From NCBI RefSeq assembly GCF_964204645.1, contig NC_134026.1, positions 8,393,950 through 8,457,949 on the forward strand: a stretch of DNA of 64,000 nucleotides, in the 5' to 3' direction. Source of the stretch: Tubulanus polymorphus (Eukaryota > Animalia > Nemertea). The notes under the pieces are model-generated. The model was not told the DNA's origin. It did not search any database and saw only the letters and a list, made by a program, of their open reading frames with translations. Below are positions 24,441 to 40,060 of this stretch, piece after piece (the stretch's first letter is position 1; every line of letters starts with the position of its first letter). Made by a program: the position numbers and the translations under genes.

Positions 24441-26201
24441 TTCAAGCTGACTTCACTAATGACTATGCCTAGATTCATTGTTTGTTTTAACAGGCCGTCA
24501 CATTTTCGAAATGTTGAGAGTCTGTAATCCGTTGAATATATAGCATAAAGAGCCCTAGGAGTTAAATGCCTTGTATATTTGCACAATCTGAACCAACACA
24601 TTCTAATTCAGCTTAGTTCCTCCTATAGAAATCGCCTGTTATTCCATAACAACTGGGCTATTTGATTAGCGCAGTTGTATTAATGGGAGGCGTGCACTTA
24701 TTTCAACTCGAAACTGAAACATAATTGCGGGCGCTATTTATTTTTCGCACACTATAGTCTATAGAACGGATGGCGGTGGTACTGGATCCAGAATGAAAAT
24801 GATTTCTGATTATTTTTCAATTCATAAGTACTCCGATAATCAATCCCAGTACCCTGAAGAGACCTGAATGAATGAAGAATGCCATGAATGATGAGACCTG
24901 AAATGAATGATATGAGACCTGAATGAAGCAAATAAGGCAATTATCAGATCTATTCTCACGTATTCCGTGATTTGAGTACACTTAAGGCGGAGATGCCTTT
25001 TGCAAGACAATCGGTTCAACAATATAGTGCTGATCAATTTGAATCCGCAATATTTGGGGTATTCCCTCTTGTACTACATGATGTAGAATCTTCCCTCAAT
25101 CTTGCACTACATGAGGTAAAATTGTACCAGAGGAATCGTTCTATTATGTAAATTTTTTGCTGGGAATTTAAGGGAAATAAAGCTAGCACTGAGAATTTTA
25201 GGGTTTCTATACCTGCAAATTTGTTTTTCTTTTAAATTCTAGGGTTTTGAGGGGCCATATGAACGCTAGAAAATGGAACGAGGATGAGGAGCAGATTGTT
25301 GGGACCATACATTCAAAATTCAGAATTTTCCATGTCCTAGAACTTCAATACAATTAGCCATAGTTTGGCAATCACCGAATCCATGAAATACCAACATACG
25401 AATCAGATTACGGAACTACGGTCCCGATGTCTTCTTCGATGCCAGATAATTGAAACGGAACCGGGCTGTGCATCGAACGCCTTCCCGCTGGAAATATACA
25501 GTTTCGACAAAAATTTAATGGCCGCCTCATTTACGAATATCCAATCACCGCGAACGCTAATCTTTCTATGCATAAAAACATGAAGGGACGGGTTCTGGTC
25601 ACCGGTGACAAAGGAGCCTGCATCGAGGTGAAGAGATAAGACATTTTGTGATGATGGATGAGACCGATGTTGCCGGGAGAGATGCAAGAAATGTAATCAC
25701 GGAAAATTCTTCCGTACATGAAGTCCAGAATAGTCGTCGATGAGAAAACGCAGGATACAGATTGATGTCGATATTGCAGTTGACACGAGTTGGCTGCGAG
25801 TCGTTAGATAAAATGACCACTACGACGACCGTGAACCGAGGAACCACCGCGGCGACCGTGCAACCATCCCTTCGCTCGGGAAGCATCGCCGGATGCCAAT
25901 TCGGTAGAAATCCGGCCCAGTAAAACCGAACGCATCAGAATACGACCAGACCATTATCAAACCAGAAATCACGTTTCGTTTCGCTACTAATTTTTTCAGA
26001 AATGAGGAACAGCAACGCTAGCTATCCCACCTGATTGTGTGGTGAGCACTCGGACTTACGTTGTCGACACCAGTTCATTATCAAAGAACTTTAAACTTAA
26101 TTTCTAGGCTCCCGCATATTACCACAGCACCCACCAAATATACATTTTGTTCATTTTTCTACTGAGATATGGGTATAGTTTTCATTAGTATTCGATTTAT
26201 T

Positions 26202-26310
26202 GAAGAAAAGGTTCATTCAGTTTTCACTGAAATGAAGAAGACTACTAGCGAACCTGAAGAAAAGGTTCATTCAGTTTTAACTGAAATGTAGAAGACTACT
26301 AGCGAACCTG
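26202..26310. repeat. Tandem duplication of ~54 bp
   Basis: gaagaaaaggttcattcagtttt.actgaaatg.agaagactactagcgaacctg twice. Confidence 0.9.
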
Positions 26311-29300
26311 GTGGATCCTGGCTTGCCATAAGCGGAATCCTACACTGCCATAGGAGGTTTGAGGTTCCCAATATATGAACCGTTAGGGTTTAAACTCATT
26401 TTGCTATCCGACGTTGCAAATTCTGCATATTGGGCAGGGTCTTCATCGGCTCAAGCCGTCACTATAGCGATCGAGGTCAAATCGACGGCAAACGAGATAC
26501 CATCGGCGAACCAACTACTACGCAACCAACGGAAGCAATAAAAATGCATGAGAATAATAATCCCGTCGCTGCTGATTTCATGCAGGTACGCAGTAAGCGG
26601 GCCGAGATTCATTCATTCAGAAAATTACTCGGTAAATATACACACGATGCGCAGCGCCGGCGCATGAGCACGAAAAATCGAGCACCGATACCGATATGGC
26701 ACGCGGGCGAGTTCTTCAAACTATTTAGACGAGTGCCAGTCCTGTTGAATGGTACGAAAGTGTTTTATTACGTCCTCATTGGTGCTTGAGAATGCGATCG
26801 ATACCCCTTCAACGTGAAGAGCCATCGCTGGCCCATTCCGCCATTTCGCTGACATGAAGGATTTATATGCTTAAGTCTGTCGTTCGTCGTATCGCTTATT
26901 TCATACCGATATATATTTCACATCGATGTTGTCAATTCGGTTGCTGTCAAATGTGTTTCCATCTCGGCTCCGTTCAATGCCTGCGCAATGGCACCGAAAC
27001 GACAACGACGACGACAACGACATGACAAAAGTTTTCCCAGCCGAAAAACGAAGTTCAAACGCGCAATCTTTTAACGATACTATTCAAACTATTATTTACT
27101 TTCTATTTTATTGCCAGTTTCGCCCGGCGCGCTGCCGCGTAATAAATGACGACAACGCGCGAAGACAGTTTTTAATTTCCCATGTGTAAGCTGCAGATGA
27201 ATTTTAATCAGCGCATTAGATTTTTCCAGCGTATTAAATTTCAGGGGGCCCCGCTCGCCGGCGTAGTCGTCGGCTTGTATAGTCTTTAATGAAATTACAA
27301 TTCTGATGGATGATAAAATAAAATGCCGGGTGAATATCTCATTCATTCGCCGCCGACGCCCGCGCGCGAGCACGCCATGAAAGCGATATATTCAACAATT
27401 CGTCGTAAATTGAGTTTAACCGAAACACAATGTTAATTTCGAGCCGAATTGAATCGCGTTTCATTCGTTGCTGCCGCGCGCAATGACGCAATGAGCAGTC
27501 GGCCGGAAAGCGATTTAATTCAGTTACCGTAAAAAAACCCGTTACAATCATGTTTGCATACATTGATACCTCGTATATGCGTTAATTAAGGTGTTCTCCG
27601 TGAGTAGATGCGCGCGCAACGTCATCAATAATTGGTGCTTCGAAATCGCGATTAGAATTTCTGGCGCTTATTTTCTAACTAAATATATTCCATAACTCTT
27701 ATCTTATATTCGATAAATCTTCGTAACTATTTTTGAGAGATAGGGCACTACATCATCGATATATATCAGGGCTAGACTGGTTGCCTGTCAATTCAATCCA
27801 ATCCAATCATCGATATATTCAAATCCAAAATACCTTTATTGATCGTTGATGTTATAAATATCGGTGTTACATTGGCTGCCGGTCAACTCAATTCAATTAT
27901 CGACGCATTCAAAGTCAAAATAAATTATTGATCCTTAATATCATATGATTTATTCTATAGACCTATTATTCATTATTGACTAAAACAAGCTATATATACA
28001 TTATTTTTCGAGGCGTCGATATTGACCTTCAAGTTAGTTTTCTTGTTTAGGCAAGTTCTTTATTAACGTTGGATATATTTTTCAAAATTTGCACATCGAG
28101 AGACACAGCAGCCTTCGATTGTTAACATTTAACATTTCAAGAAATAAAAATCCCATTTCGCAAACTTAATTTCGGCGAAAAATTGATATCGACGTCGTCA
28201 ATTTTTCCAATACGAAAAAAAAGCAGTTGTCGCGAAGATATGTTCACCTTCGAATGCGATCGGGCACACCAATACCGGCGACACAAAAGGCTATTCTTCG
28301 ATGAAATCACCATAACTACGACGGAAATATCGCACCGACCAAAACATTGATTGACGGTTCATCGCGAAAAAAAAAAAAGCGATGGCGCGCACAATCGATG
28401 CCAACGAACGAACGACCGAAAGAAAGAAAGCTACCGACCATAAGCAGCTACTTTCATTGATGAATTTTTTATGCGCCGGTCTTTGTCTACAGCCATTCGT
28501 CCGGTCGGTCGGTATCTGTTTGCTTAAGCGGCGCAAAAAAATGAAAACCGTCGTCGTATTCGCGCGAATCAAAGGTGACACACTTGAGCAAAAAATTAAC
28601 CGATAAGAGCCAGCCGAAAGCGTAAGCAATAATCTCGTTCTCGTCACACATGCCCGTCGGACATTCGAAGACACCGAGCGCTGGCAGCTCGGCGCGTTGT
28701 CACCATGGCAATAGATCCCGATGATTTCGTTACCACGTCGTCGTCGAAAAATCCGACAAGACGTTTAATTCAACTTTGATTACGCGCATACGGTCGAGGT
28801 GAGGCATTTTTTGTAACCGGTCAAAAACGCTGCGCAAATACCTCTACAAACAGCTTCAACGATTAATACTCGTTACGGTTTATACCTTCACGCAGACCGA
28901 GGACCTTCCCGCGCGATTACATCGCGATCAAGAGGATTTGAATTAATACGCGCGCACGGCCACCGATTCAGACGACGGCATTTTCTATCGCCATGGGAAA
29001 CCGCTAAATTGGTGTACACGCAAAAAGTCTACTCCTGAATAAAGTAGTCGAACACGAAACTGTGGACATGCTCAAGTACATGAATAAACATAATGATCAA
29101 TCATACGCCGAGTGCCGCGGCATGTGTAGTCACACACACACACAGATTTACCGGGAGTGAGAGCGAAATATGCGATCGAAACGAAAGAATCAAAAGGCTG
29201 AACATAAAGCGATGAAACGGAAATGAACGCTGAAGAAATTAGCGTTTTATTAGTTATTACGAAAGACGCCGTAAAAATACGAGGTGTATAATAAAATGCT

Positions 29301-31228
29301 TCAAGGGAAAAGGTCATCGTTTGCGTTGTATTTACGCCGATTTGATCATCGGCGATATTCTCAAAGGGTTTTGTCAGGGTGCGTATTGAATATTGATGCA
29401 CAGCACTAGGGCGTACTCATCCCGCGCTGTTGTTGTATCATTTCGAAATCAGCTCGCGACCTTTGGAAAAAATATCGATGATCGCGGTACACGTAAACAC
29501 ATGCGTTGATCAGGATTCTATCGGAATTCTATCAACAGAGGGCGCCAGCGATGTAAGCATTGCATAACATCATTCCGAGCTGTTCGAAAATCGACGACGA
29601 TGACGATGATTTTTAGCATAAATACGTGTACTCATCACCAGCGTGGAAAAGAGGAAATAGCAGACAATGTCAATATTACGTTAGTAAAGCGAAACCCCAA
29701 GAAAGCTCGTCATCGCTGCTGCTGCTGCTGCTAAGGCTGAAGAGATGAAGAGACAGCATGCAGCATGTTATTATTTTTTATGAGACACACACACACACAC
29801 AAAAGGCTGGTTTTCTTGCACTTGTACTACAGCAAAACGGCAGATGTTGTACGAAGGCAAAAATGCAATTTACCCACGCGAGCATTACTCATATCTCTTG
29901 AAAACTGAGAGAAAGAATATATGAACCCGATACATGTTGTTTTTTTACTACCATTTTTACTACTACGGCTAGAAGTCGAATTTTATCTCTCTTCTTCGTA
30001 CGCGTTTTTTTACTACAACCATCCACTAATCATAGGAGGGAACTACGCATCAGCTCATATATATGCATATATAAACACACCAGTAAACTCGGTAGTAACT
30101 CGGTGTATGAATGTAGGAGCAGGGTTCGCTTGCACCGCCTCACTGACGACGGGATGAACGTTAGAATCCATTTCCATTTCGGAGCGTTTTCATGAAATCA
30201 GATATGCAGCATCACGTCGATGACCTTCTATTTCTGACAGTTCATTAAATCGAACAGGCGCTTACTACTTCTACACTACTACTACCTAGGTTTCCTCAAA
30301 CTGGCCTGATATTTGTGTGGCGCATCACGACATAATCCCAACTACTGCCAGTCCCCCCCCCCCCCTGTAATGCAATTTTCACAGCGCTCCGATGCGCCGG
30401 AATTTTGATGAACTCCCAAATTCGGCGAGTTTAAGAGTCACGAGTCTCTTAATGTTCAGGACTGATTGATCAGATTCCATTAAAGCACTAACAATTAATT
30501 ACGCCTCCCCGAAGCGGCGGCGACTGCGCGAGATTGCGACAATACATCAACTTATCGAACGCTCGCACCCGGGGCTAGCGCGCGAATCGTCGAAAATTGT
30601 ATTTTCTCGTGAAAATTCGCGAGACCGTACGATTGAAATTCACCGCTCGTGCGTATTCGTTTTCGCCGGAAGTCGAATTTCGATTAGCGGATCGTTTTTT
30701 CGCGTCTTCTCAATTTGCGCGCGAACGACGTGGCAATTGAAGGGAGGGGGAGGGGAACCGCGAGTCGAATTTCGTCATCACCGCCGATTTGAAACAACGA
30801 GGAAAAAATAAGCGCCCGTAATGACACAGCAAGAACGAGCCAATCAGTGCTAATTACATCAACGCAGTACGCCTTGATGTAGCCGATAGTCAACGACGGC
30901 TATCAAACAATTTGAGGTTTTTTAATTTCCCCAGACGTCCCGACGAACAGTTTGAAGGCACAATCTATCACCGCGAGGATTATCGTGAATGTAAGACGCA
31001 ACGCTGGGGAACGCGCCCCTTGACGGACAAATCCTACAATGTTGATTAACGCTATTGTATTGTCTCTGCCGGTTGCCCGTTTGCGCGAAACGAAATGCAA
31101 GCGGCGATTGCCAGAATCGTGTTTGCCCGTTGCGGTTTAAAGATATCGACTTAAAATTATTCGGCTATATACTCGTATACTGTTTTACGAAAATAGATTT
31201 GGAAAGGTTACGAGACGTAACCGTCAGA

Positions 31229-31912
31229 TTTTCTAGGAACCAATTGATTACGGCTTTGCTGCGTTGTCAATCTCAAGGCGCATGTTAGAGAGAATTTCAA
31301 CAACGATCACACGGAGACTATTTGGCCCGGGCCAAATTGGCATAGATCAGGCTCGAGCCAAATTTGGCCCGTGTCCTTTCCAGTACCTGTTGCAGTTCAA
31401 ACTGTTGGCCCGTGCCAAATTTGGCCAAAAATGCTTGTTGCTTGCAGCTTTCATTGGGTTCAAATTTGGGAGCCTGAATTTCATAGTTGATCAAATATCT
31501 AAAACTATGGTGGAATGAGCTTCAGAGATATGTAAACTCATCTTCAATATACTGCCTTACAAAAATCCAATTGATTTGGGCTTTGCTGCGTTGTCGATCT
31601 CACAACTCATGTTGATGAGGATTTCATTGGTTCAAATTTGGGAGCCTCTGAAGAATGGGCTTCAGAGATATCTAACACATCTTCAATACACCGCCTTACA
31701 AAACATGCTTCGAAAGGTCAAGAGGCATACCGTCTACATTTCTGGGATCCAATTGATTAGGGCTTTGCTACATTGTCCATCTCAAGGCTCATGTTAGCGT
31801 CCAATTTCATCGGTTCGTACTCGGTAGCCTGGATTTTATAGTTTATCTAATATCTGAAACTTTAGAATAATGGGCTTCGAGATATCGTAGAACATCTTCA
31901 ATTGCTGCATTA
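31229..31912. repeat. Diverged ~180-bp tandem repeat (3 units) interrupted by a family B MITE (~31301-31445)
   Basis: ccaattgatt..ggctttgct at about 31240, 31567, 31749; first unit split by ggcccgggccaaatt sequence. Confidence 0.7.
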
Positions 31913-34900
31913 GAGAGAGAGAGACAGAGACAGACAATCATAGTAACTCTTCACTGATCTTGTTATGTAACATAATTAAGCCGAATATTATTCATCTTCT
32001 GCTTGGCTGGGTTGAAGTACATTAGCCAGGCACCCGACCTTCAGTATATCATACTGGTTATGTGGTGTATCGGTGAATCAGAGAGGCTGTTGTTGCGTAT
32101 TGCCTCAATTGTCGGGGAGAGAGCGAGAATGAATGCTTGTATTTGATAGATCTATGATGGATGTAGAATATATCGATACGCCCCGGCGTTCAGCGTCAAT
32201 CTGAACTTGAAATAGACTTCAGGAATCAATGGGCGCCACGGATTTACGCAATCATGCGTACACACGGCGCCGTGTGACCATATTCTACGTAAATTACACA
32301 CGCACACTTTGAAGTGTTCGTTCGATCATAACGAATTCTCGTCGTATCGATATACCCGCGGTGACTAATTTCGGCAACGGACATCGCCGCAACACTGACA
32401 GGAGGCAAATCAACCCATGCGACTGGCTTCAAGGAATTGAATTGTCTTCATACGAAATTACGAAATCAAACACTACAGCCTTGTTGGCCACGAGACCCGG
32501 AATTGACTGAACCCGAGTTCAGCATATCCCCAGTAGGCAACCTTTATTAACGGTGTTCCCAATTTATGTAACCCAATTATATTTTACTTATATAAAATAA
32601 GGATATAATATTGTTGTTTCAGTTTCATGGCCAGCGGAAGTAATTTGGGATCGGTACACCAAAGGGTTAATAGAACTTCTTTCGAAAGGGTAGAGGTGTT
32701 ACCAGCAAGCGCCAAAAGTACAGGGGGTTCTGGGCGCCAGAATTAGTACTTTTTGACACAAGTTTTGATCTCATAAAGTCTAGACAAGACACCTGGGTAA
32801 CTGTTTATTCGTGAAAGCGTTACTAGACTACACTAGTTTTACAACTGAGAGAAGTGACAGTTAAGATGACGATTACGTAAATATTTCATTACCAAATTCC
32901 GCATCGCCTAGAATATCATATTTTGCGAGGTGTGGGGACCGGGGCAGGTGCTCGATTAGGAAGGATATACAGTCTTCCTACACGCATGCACGTGCTTCTC
33001 TCGCGTAGTAGGCTTTCGCCTGATAAGCTTTATCCTCTCCCTCTCGCTCGAAAAAAAAAATTACCCTACCGCCTGGGAAGATAATCTGGCGTAAACAAAG
33101 ACACCAGCCATGGAGCGGACCAATCATGCAGAAATGGCATGCCTCAACAGATAATACCGAAGCTGCGCGGCTATAATAAGTAAATAGAAGTTGTCAGAAT
33201 GATGTATATCCAGATATCCCTTACAGTAATTGGTTCGGCCCGATCATCATCATCGCAGCCCAATCAAAATATCGAGATAGATTCCCCGGCGCGCGTTTGT
33301 AACCAAACTGTTAACTAATTACTAAGACTGTATACACGGCGAAAAAGTAATTTCGTAAATTCATCGACGATGAGTACGGCTAGAATAAAATGATACATCG
33401 CGTCTCGTAATTGGGTCACTTTTGTAAACCGCGATAAAATTTGTACTAATCAGTTCATTTCAATAACAGTTATGGGTATGGTGAACTATGGTGATCATGA
33501 TTTAAAAAAATAGATGTAATGTACAGGGTAGATATAGGCAGCCGGCTGGGTTAACTTATAACTTCAGCAGAAATGAGAAAGGAGGTATCGAGTTTTTCAT
33601 TTTTCATCGTGTATCAACGGAAAGTTCGCCAAAATTGAGTCCTGATTCTCAAAGCGTGCAATAACCTGAATCAAAAAATCGAATGATACTCTCAGGTGAC
33701 ATGTCTGAAAAGCTGTACTTCAAAAAACATCACCCGAGCCCTAATGAGCTAGTGCTTACTGCCTTAAATGGAAATGTTTATCAAGTGCCTATTTGAAGTT
33801 TGTATGAGACGAGAGAGCGCAATTAAATCTACAGGTATTAGCATTCATTTTGAAGCGTAGATTTGGAATTTTCGATGGTTGTCGCAGACTTCTGAAATGT
33901 CACCATTACGGGGGTGGATCCTAGGAAAATTCGAAGGCCAGGGTCCAGAAGATAAGAATAGCCTCATTCTAGGATAATGCAGCAATTACCGGGGGCCCAA
34001 CCTCTGTGTTAATATATATTTTTGAAAAAAATACATCCTAAAAGATACACATTCCGAGAGGATGAGTATCAAATTTGCAGGTTTTAACCATTTCTAGCTC
34101 GACAAATAAAGGGCAACTTCAGCGAGCGGGCAGGAGTCCGGACCCACCCAAGACAACCCCCCTAAATACATCTGAAACGAAGCTACTACTTGAGGTATAC
34201 CCCTGAAGGGCGACTGATATCATGCAGCCCAAAGATGAACAGAATAATGCTGTGCACAGACAACGAACAGCATTTCAGCCAACTCCACACACAATTAATT
34301 CAGCATATACCACGACATGAAGCAGACAAGATGTATATATATACATCCGATTTATTAGAAATGTATCTAACAATAACTAGATGAATGACTTCAACTATAT
34401 TCATATTCATGGTTAATAGAACTGTCATAAATCAGTGCATCGGCACATAATGTATATACCGCACACACAGAGAGAGAGGGAGAGAGAGAGAGAGATGAGG
34501 GGAAGGAGAGTAAAGAGGTAGAGAGCGGAGAGAGGCAACCGTGGCATCTTAAAAACTGCGGTAGCTGATTCCGTGTACATCGAGAACTCAGCACCGACCT
34601 CCGAGCGGCGACAATAATCTCATATACGCTATTAATGGCGAATTCGCGCGGATAAAGACAAAGCTAACAAAAAGGCTTGCCCGGATAACGAAACTAACAA
34701 CGCAACTCGCAGATTCGCAGAAGCGGCCCTTGATCACGAATGAACAGAAGCATGTTCGACGTTTAATCCGCTCTCAGAAGTCTTAAAGTATCTTCCGATT
34801 AATTCCGCCAAAGGAAAGAGAAATTAAAGTACGACGAGAGGCTTAATTCGCGTTGTTTTTTCGCACCGAAAAACAATTTTCAAACGCCAGATTTAAGTCA

Positions 34901-35979
34901 ACCTTGCGGCGCGTGCGTGTGAGAGCACTGTTATTTTTCCCGAAATCATGCGACCATTTTCCACGTGACCGTTTCCCATGCGACAGGCTTTCGATTTTCT
35001 GCCACTATTCTTATGGGTGGTGTGCATCGAAATGACGACGACGGAGACCCTGTGATTTAATTAGCATCTCAAATGGATTTTAACCACCGAAGGTCGCGCA
35101 CCTATTAAATATGAATATTTAGCGTATAGCTGATGGAATATTTAGGGAAATGCGGGGCGCTGAGGTCGACGCGAAGTTTTCAATCACTCCCCGCCCATCG
35201 GGGCTGTAGTAGTGACAATGTCACACACTCGACGCATGATTAATTGGTTCCTCGTGTGTATACGGGACAACGACGCTGCTACATCTAATCTCAGGCGGAG
35301 AAAAAATCTGGCCGGAGTATTTCAAGCGATGACAGAGGATACAGCGAACACGCGATGCAACTGTATCTGTTTCTTCTTCGCTCTCGAAAATTGTGCCACC
35401 GACGACAAAGACGACAACAAAGTCATCCGCTACAAATATATTCTACGACACCATCGCCTCACTAGTTGCCATCTTTCATAAAAGCGCGCCGCGAATAATA
35501 TCCCGAGAAGGCAATGCACTTGACATTAATATTCGTAAATGCTTCGGCAGCGGTAGTTAATTCTACATGCTGCCATAACTGATCGCGATCGCGATTTATG
35601 TTTCCAGCTTGCCACATGGCACATAAAAACAATCACAACTCGGAAATCACTTTCGATAGAGAAATGCCTGCTCCTGCGAGAGGCCGCTTTTTATGCGCTT
35701 TCAATTTCATTGCCCGTCCCGGAGCCGAGTAAAATTTTACACACCAGTGCCCCGGGGAGTGCTCAACTTGGCATAGATGGATGAGCGAAAAGCGCGGCCC
35801 CGGCGAAGAAGATTATTTCGAGACAGAGAGAGAGAGATTCAGCTCGAAACGCCGGAACGGTTCCAGATCAGACGCTTCAAGACGCAGCCGTATAATCTTG
35901 TATTGAATGAAAATTCGACGGCGCATTGAAGCAGAACTGCGAGTTTGAATCGAGTCTGACGAAAACCCGAACGCAAGTC

Positions 35980-36262
35980 GCCTGATCGCGGGGAGACGAT
36001 TGGGCCCGGGCGAAATTGGCACCGATCAGAATCGAATTTGGCCTACGCCTAATTGGAGAGCGTGATCCCCCGTAAATCACTAACTCAATACTAAAATAAT
36101 GTTGGACAAAGCGAAATGAGTCACTTCCGGAACCAGTTGCAATTCACGCCCAATGTGACCCAAGCTTGGTCCGTTTTTGGTCGGGCCAAACAGGTAGGTG
36201 CCTATTTGGCACCAGTGTGAGCGGTTGTATCGGGTGAAAAACGCTGGTGCGCTATCGAGGCT
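35980..36262 (+). mobile_element. Family B MITE
   Basis: gggcccgggcgaaattggc, aaatgagtcacttccggaacc (also at 52839), gggccaaacagg motifs. Confidence 0.6.
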
Positions 36263-37720
36263 GTAATCTAGGCAATACAGAAGACCGCGTTTAACCCGGG
36301 ATGGCGTATAATCTTAAGTCAGTGATCTTCACACCGGAATTCAAACAATGTGCTACGGGGTCCTTTAATCAACTCGCGATCGACGGTTCGCAAATACTCG
36401 ACAGATCACACGCAGTCGGCGGGGCTCGCGCCATTCAAATCAAAATGGTTTCCTGTTGTTGGAACGCTGAAAAGCACCTCAGCCGGCTCGAGAAAGCGAA
36501 AGCGCACGAGGGGACTGCCGCGGCAAGTCAAACATTGGCGCAGCAAGGCAATCAACGCCGGCGGTAACCGGCATTATGCAATAAGCTGTGTTCGGAGAGC
36601 GAATTTACACAAATTGGAATACACCCGCTGCAAGTCGAAATCGAATTGAGGATGCACGACGCGTTCGCAAATTCGAGCAATAAAACGTTCGCATGATCAG
36701 CTTATACATTGTGCATTTGAAATAAATAGAGCCCGCAGACGACAACGCTAGTCATCACCATTCAACATTCATTTAACACGATTTTCTACTTTTCCGTCGA
36801 CGCGTGAAAAAACTATTCACAGTAACTCAAAGTTAATATAGTGTGACGAAATTTCTTGAAGTCCTATCATAACAGTTGAAAAAAACGATCATAAATGGTT
36901 TAAACTTCAAAATATTCATGTAATTGTCTATTCATTGAATACCATTCAACTAGGATTTTGACCAAAAAATTGGTATTGTGTGAGGGAATTTTAGAGTTTA
37001 AACAGTTTATTTTTAAAGAGCCTATGCATACGTGAATTCTAAATTCACCGGGAACCGAGGGCCAGAATTCTTTCACTGACAATCCTGTATCCCGAAAACA
37101 ATTTCAAAGAATTCTCGGTCAAGACATGACTAGTTTAGTAATGCGTTTTAAGCAACTTCAACTCCTTAATCTTTATTCGTAACAACGAAATTGTAATCGA
37201 GTCCCAGGAGCTCCTCGCGATTTTGTCAACATTTCTTTCCTTTCGAAAGGAACAATCGGATCGAATCTGGAGACAATTCAAATTCAGACGGATCGACGAA
37301 GCGTCGGAAAGATAACACAATCACGTCGTTGTCTTATTGGAAGGGAACGTTGACCAGCGCGCGACCTTGAATGAATCACACGACGCAACTTTTAAACACC
37401 ATTCGAGAGACGCGGAGAGAACAACATTCGAATTGAAAAGAAATATAATTAGGACGCACACAAATCTCTACGCCGCATTGAAACGCGGCGGCTACAATCA
37501 CATTTCCTCGCACGCCTGATCAACGCAGTCGGTTTCTATTATGAAATTACGAACCGCGCGAATCATTAGGAACACACTCTGCGCTTTCCGAATCATCATC
37601 CATCGCCGAACCCGAGCGATGCGATGCCGGGCGCGATGAATACATTGTAGCTTCCATACAATGCGACACAGTGAATTATTCGCATAAATATTTGTGAACA
37701 TTTAGCCAATAAGACAATAA

Positions 37721-37756
<36 letters not shown>

Positions 37757-38196
37757 TTACACACAGTGAATTTTCAATCCGGTTGATACCTACTAATAAT
37801 AATGACGACTAGTGGTAAGGTATTCTCTCTCTCTCTCTCTACACACGTGGCAATATTCCAGGGGCATTGATTATCTCGGTTGCGAAATTCTTGTTTCGTA
37901 TCTATCCCAATTTATCAAAGTCGTGAATATCGAGGGGTTAAATATCTCTAGACACCGCTTTGGGCAAAAGGAAAATCATATCGCAACTAGAGAGAGAGAG
38001 AGAGAGACATAGAGAGATGCGCGCACCACCGTAGCTGCCATAATTGTTTGAGTTGTCGATAGACCCTGCGAACGTATTCTACTACTATACATAGTGTCTT
38101 CGCTGCAAATGCATAAATCACCGAGAGACGCTCGGGACGAGAACAATAGTTTCCGAATTGCAGGCGTAAATATCTAGATTGAGCCGATGTATTTAT

Positions 38197-38449
38197 AGCC
38201 GCGATCCCACATGAGAACGCTATCAGCCCGGAACAACAGTTTGACCGTTTGGCCCGACGATAAACGTTCGATCCAGGCTTGAACCGAATTTCAGCGCGGG
38301 TCAAATTATCGCGTTGAATATCGCAACTGGTTCCGAAAGTGACTCACTTTGCTTTGTTTAAACATTGTTTAGTATCGAGCGAGAGGTTTATGTGGGCATG
38401 GGATGAAATTCGGGGGGGGGGGGTGGTGGGGCAACGTGTGATCGCGGCT
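38197..38449 (-). mobile_element. Family B MITE with AGCCGCGATC terminal inverted repeats (Harbinger/Tourist-like)
   Basis: tat|AGCCGCGATC ... GATCGCGGCT|tat; internal ggttccgaaagtgactcact is the reverse complement of the family motif. Confidence 0.7.
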
Positions 38450-40060
38450 TATACCAGCGCTGAACTGTCGTTTGAAAGGGCCCCTGGTAACGATCACCAC
38501 GCCCTACTTACCGCAGTTCAGTCGCTTACCAGACGGATAACAATATATAAACACTATATTTACGACAATGCCGGCATCTCGTATTCTAAATCGGTAAACG
38601 AAAACCCGCGAATTAAATGCCACAAGAATCATACGATACGTAGTCGATGTCGTCTCGTCTCGAATTGACGGCGAATTCGATACCATTACTGTACCCGCCT
38701 AGTCTTCGTTCTGGTGGTCAGACAACGGGGGAATTGTCGTTGAATTGCATTATCAAATGTCATATGCGACGGCTAAGACGAAAATTGCTATACATCGGTA
38801 CCCCCCCGCCGCGCTTGAGTTAGTCGACCACACCCCAAGGCATCCCGCAGGATACAGCACCGCTGATCGATAATGAAACCTGATGATTTCTATAAATGGA
38901 TTCTGCGAGAGAGCGGCAACGCCGGGCGACAACAGAAATAGCTAATTTGAAAATCAAACATTTCTGTTTCTTGTTGTCTCTCTCTCCTGCTCACGTGCAC
39001 ATACGTCGGGAAAGTGTATTTGCATTGAATATTACTTCAAACGTTGGTCTAAATCGTGATTTATTTCATTTGCAATAGCGAGGATTACGCGCAAGAGAAT
39101 GTTCTGCATCGCCTCTCTTTCTGTCTCTCTCTCTCTCTTTCTCCCCCTCTCCCTCTTACTCTGAGAAAGTATTTCAAGGTTTTCCGCGGAGCAATTCATT
39201 TCAAACGTGACAGTTCTGAAAACGCACATTTCTTTCGTCAATGCAAGTGGGAGACGGAATAAAGTAATCAAACGTTCAAACACCTTCTAGCTGAGTAGAA
39301 AATAGATTCTTCAGTTCAGTATACTCCTCCTGAAAATTTTGAAAAACTAGACGCATTCTGAGCACTTGAATTCCTGGTTGAAATAAGTAATGAAATATGT
39401 TCAAAATTTCACCGTTTTCTAATCGAAAAGTCTTGGGTGAAAAATTCCAAGGTCACTATGCCGAAAAAAGGGATCTGCCATTGCTAGTATTACAAAGAAA
39501 ATTGATCGTGGTCAAAAGTTAACAAAATAATGCAGATACCAAAATGTGGATATCAAAAAAGGTATGATCGACGTGGTAGTGGGCGGTTCTCGTTTTCTAA
39601 AAAGGAGAATGTGGCATAGCCAGTGGCCGTCGACAACCGGAAAACTAAAAGGTGCGCGCGCGTCTCGCGGTTGTTTCATTTTTTCTCATAAGCGCGACAT
39701 CAAAGTTGCATGAAATGTATTTCAAGTGCCGTCGCGTTTTCGAAAGCCAGTCAGCTGTGTGTGACGGGTTTTACCATGTAAGAACGCATTAATGAAAAAT
39801 ACGACAAAACGCTCTCGCGCTCTCTCTCTCTCTCACCACTCAACAAACCCATTAGATTGTATATATATATATATAGATATATCGCGTATCCTTGAAAATG
39901 TCTTATTCGAAGAAAACGTCGCAAACGTCGCCTATAAAACGCTTCCAAGACATACGACGGAACAGTAGTGCTTTAAAACAATTTGCTTTCGTTATCATGT
40001 TAACAGTTCGAGATCATTTCACGTGAAATTAGTCCGAGTTGATGTCACTGAGGATTCTTA

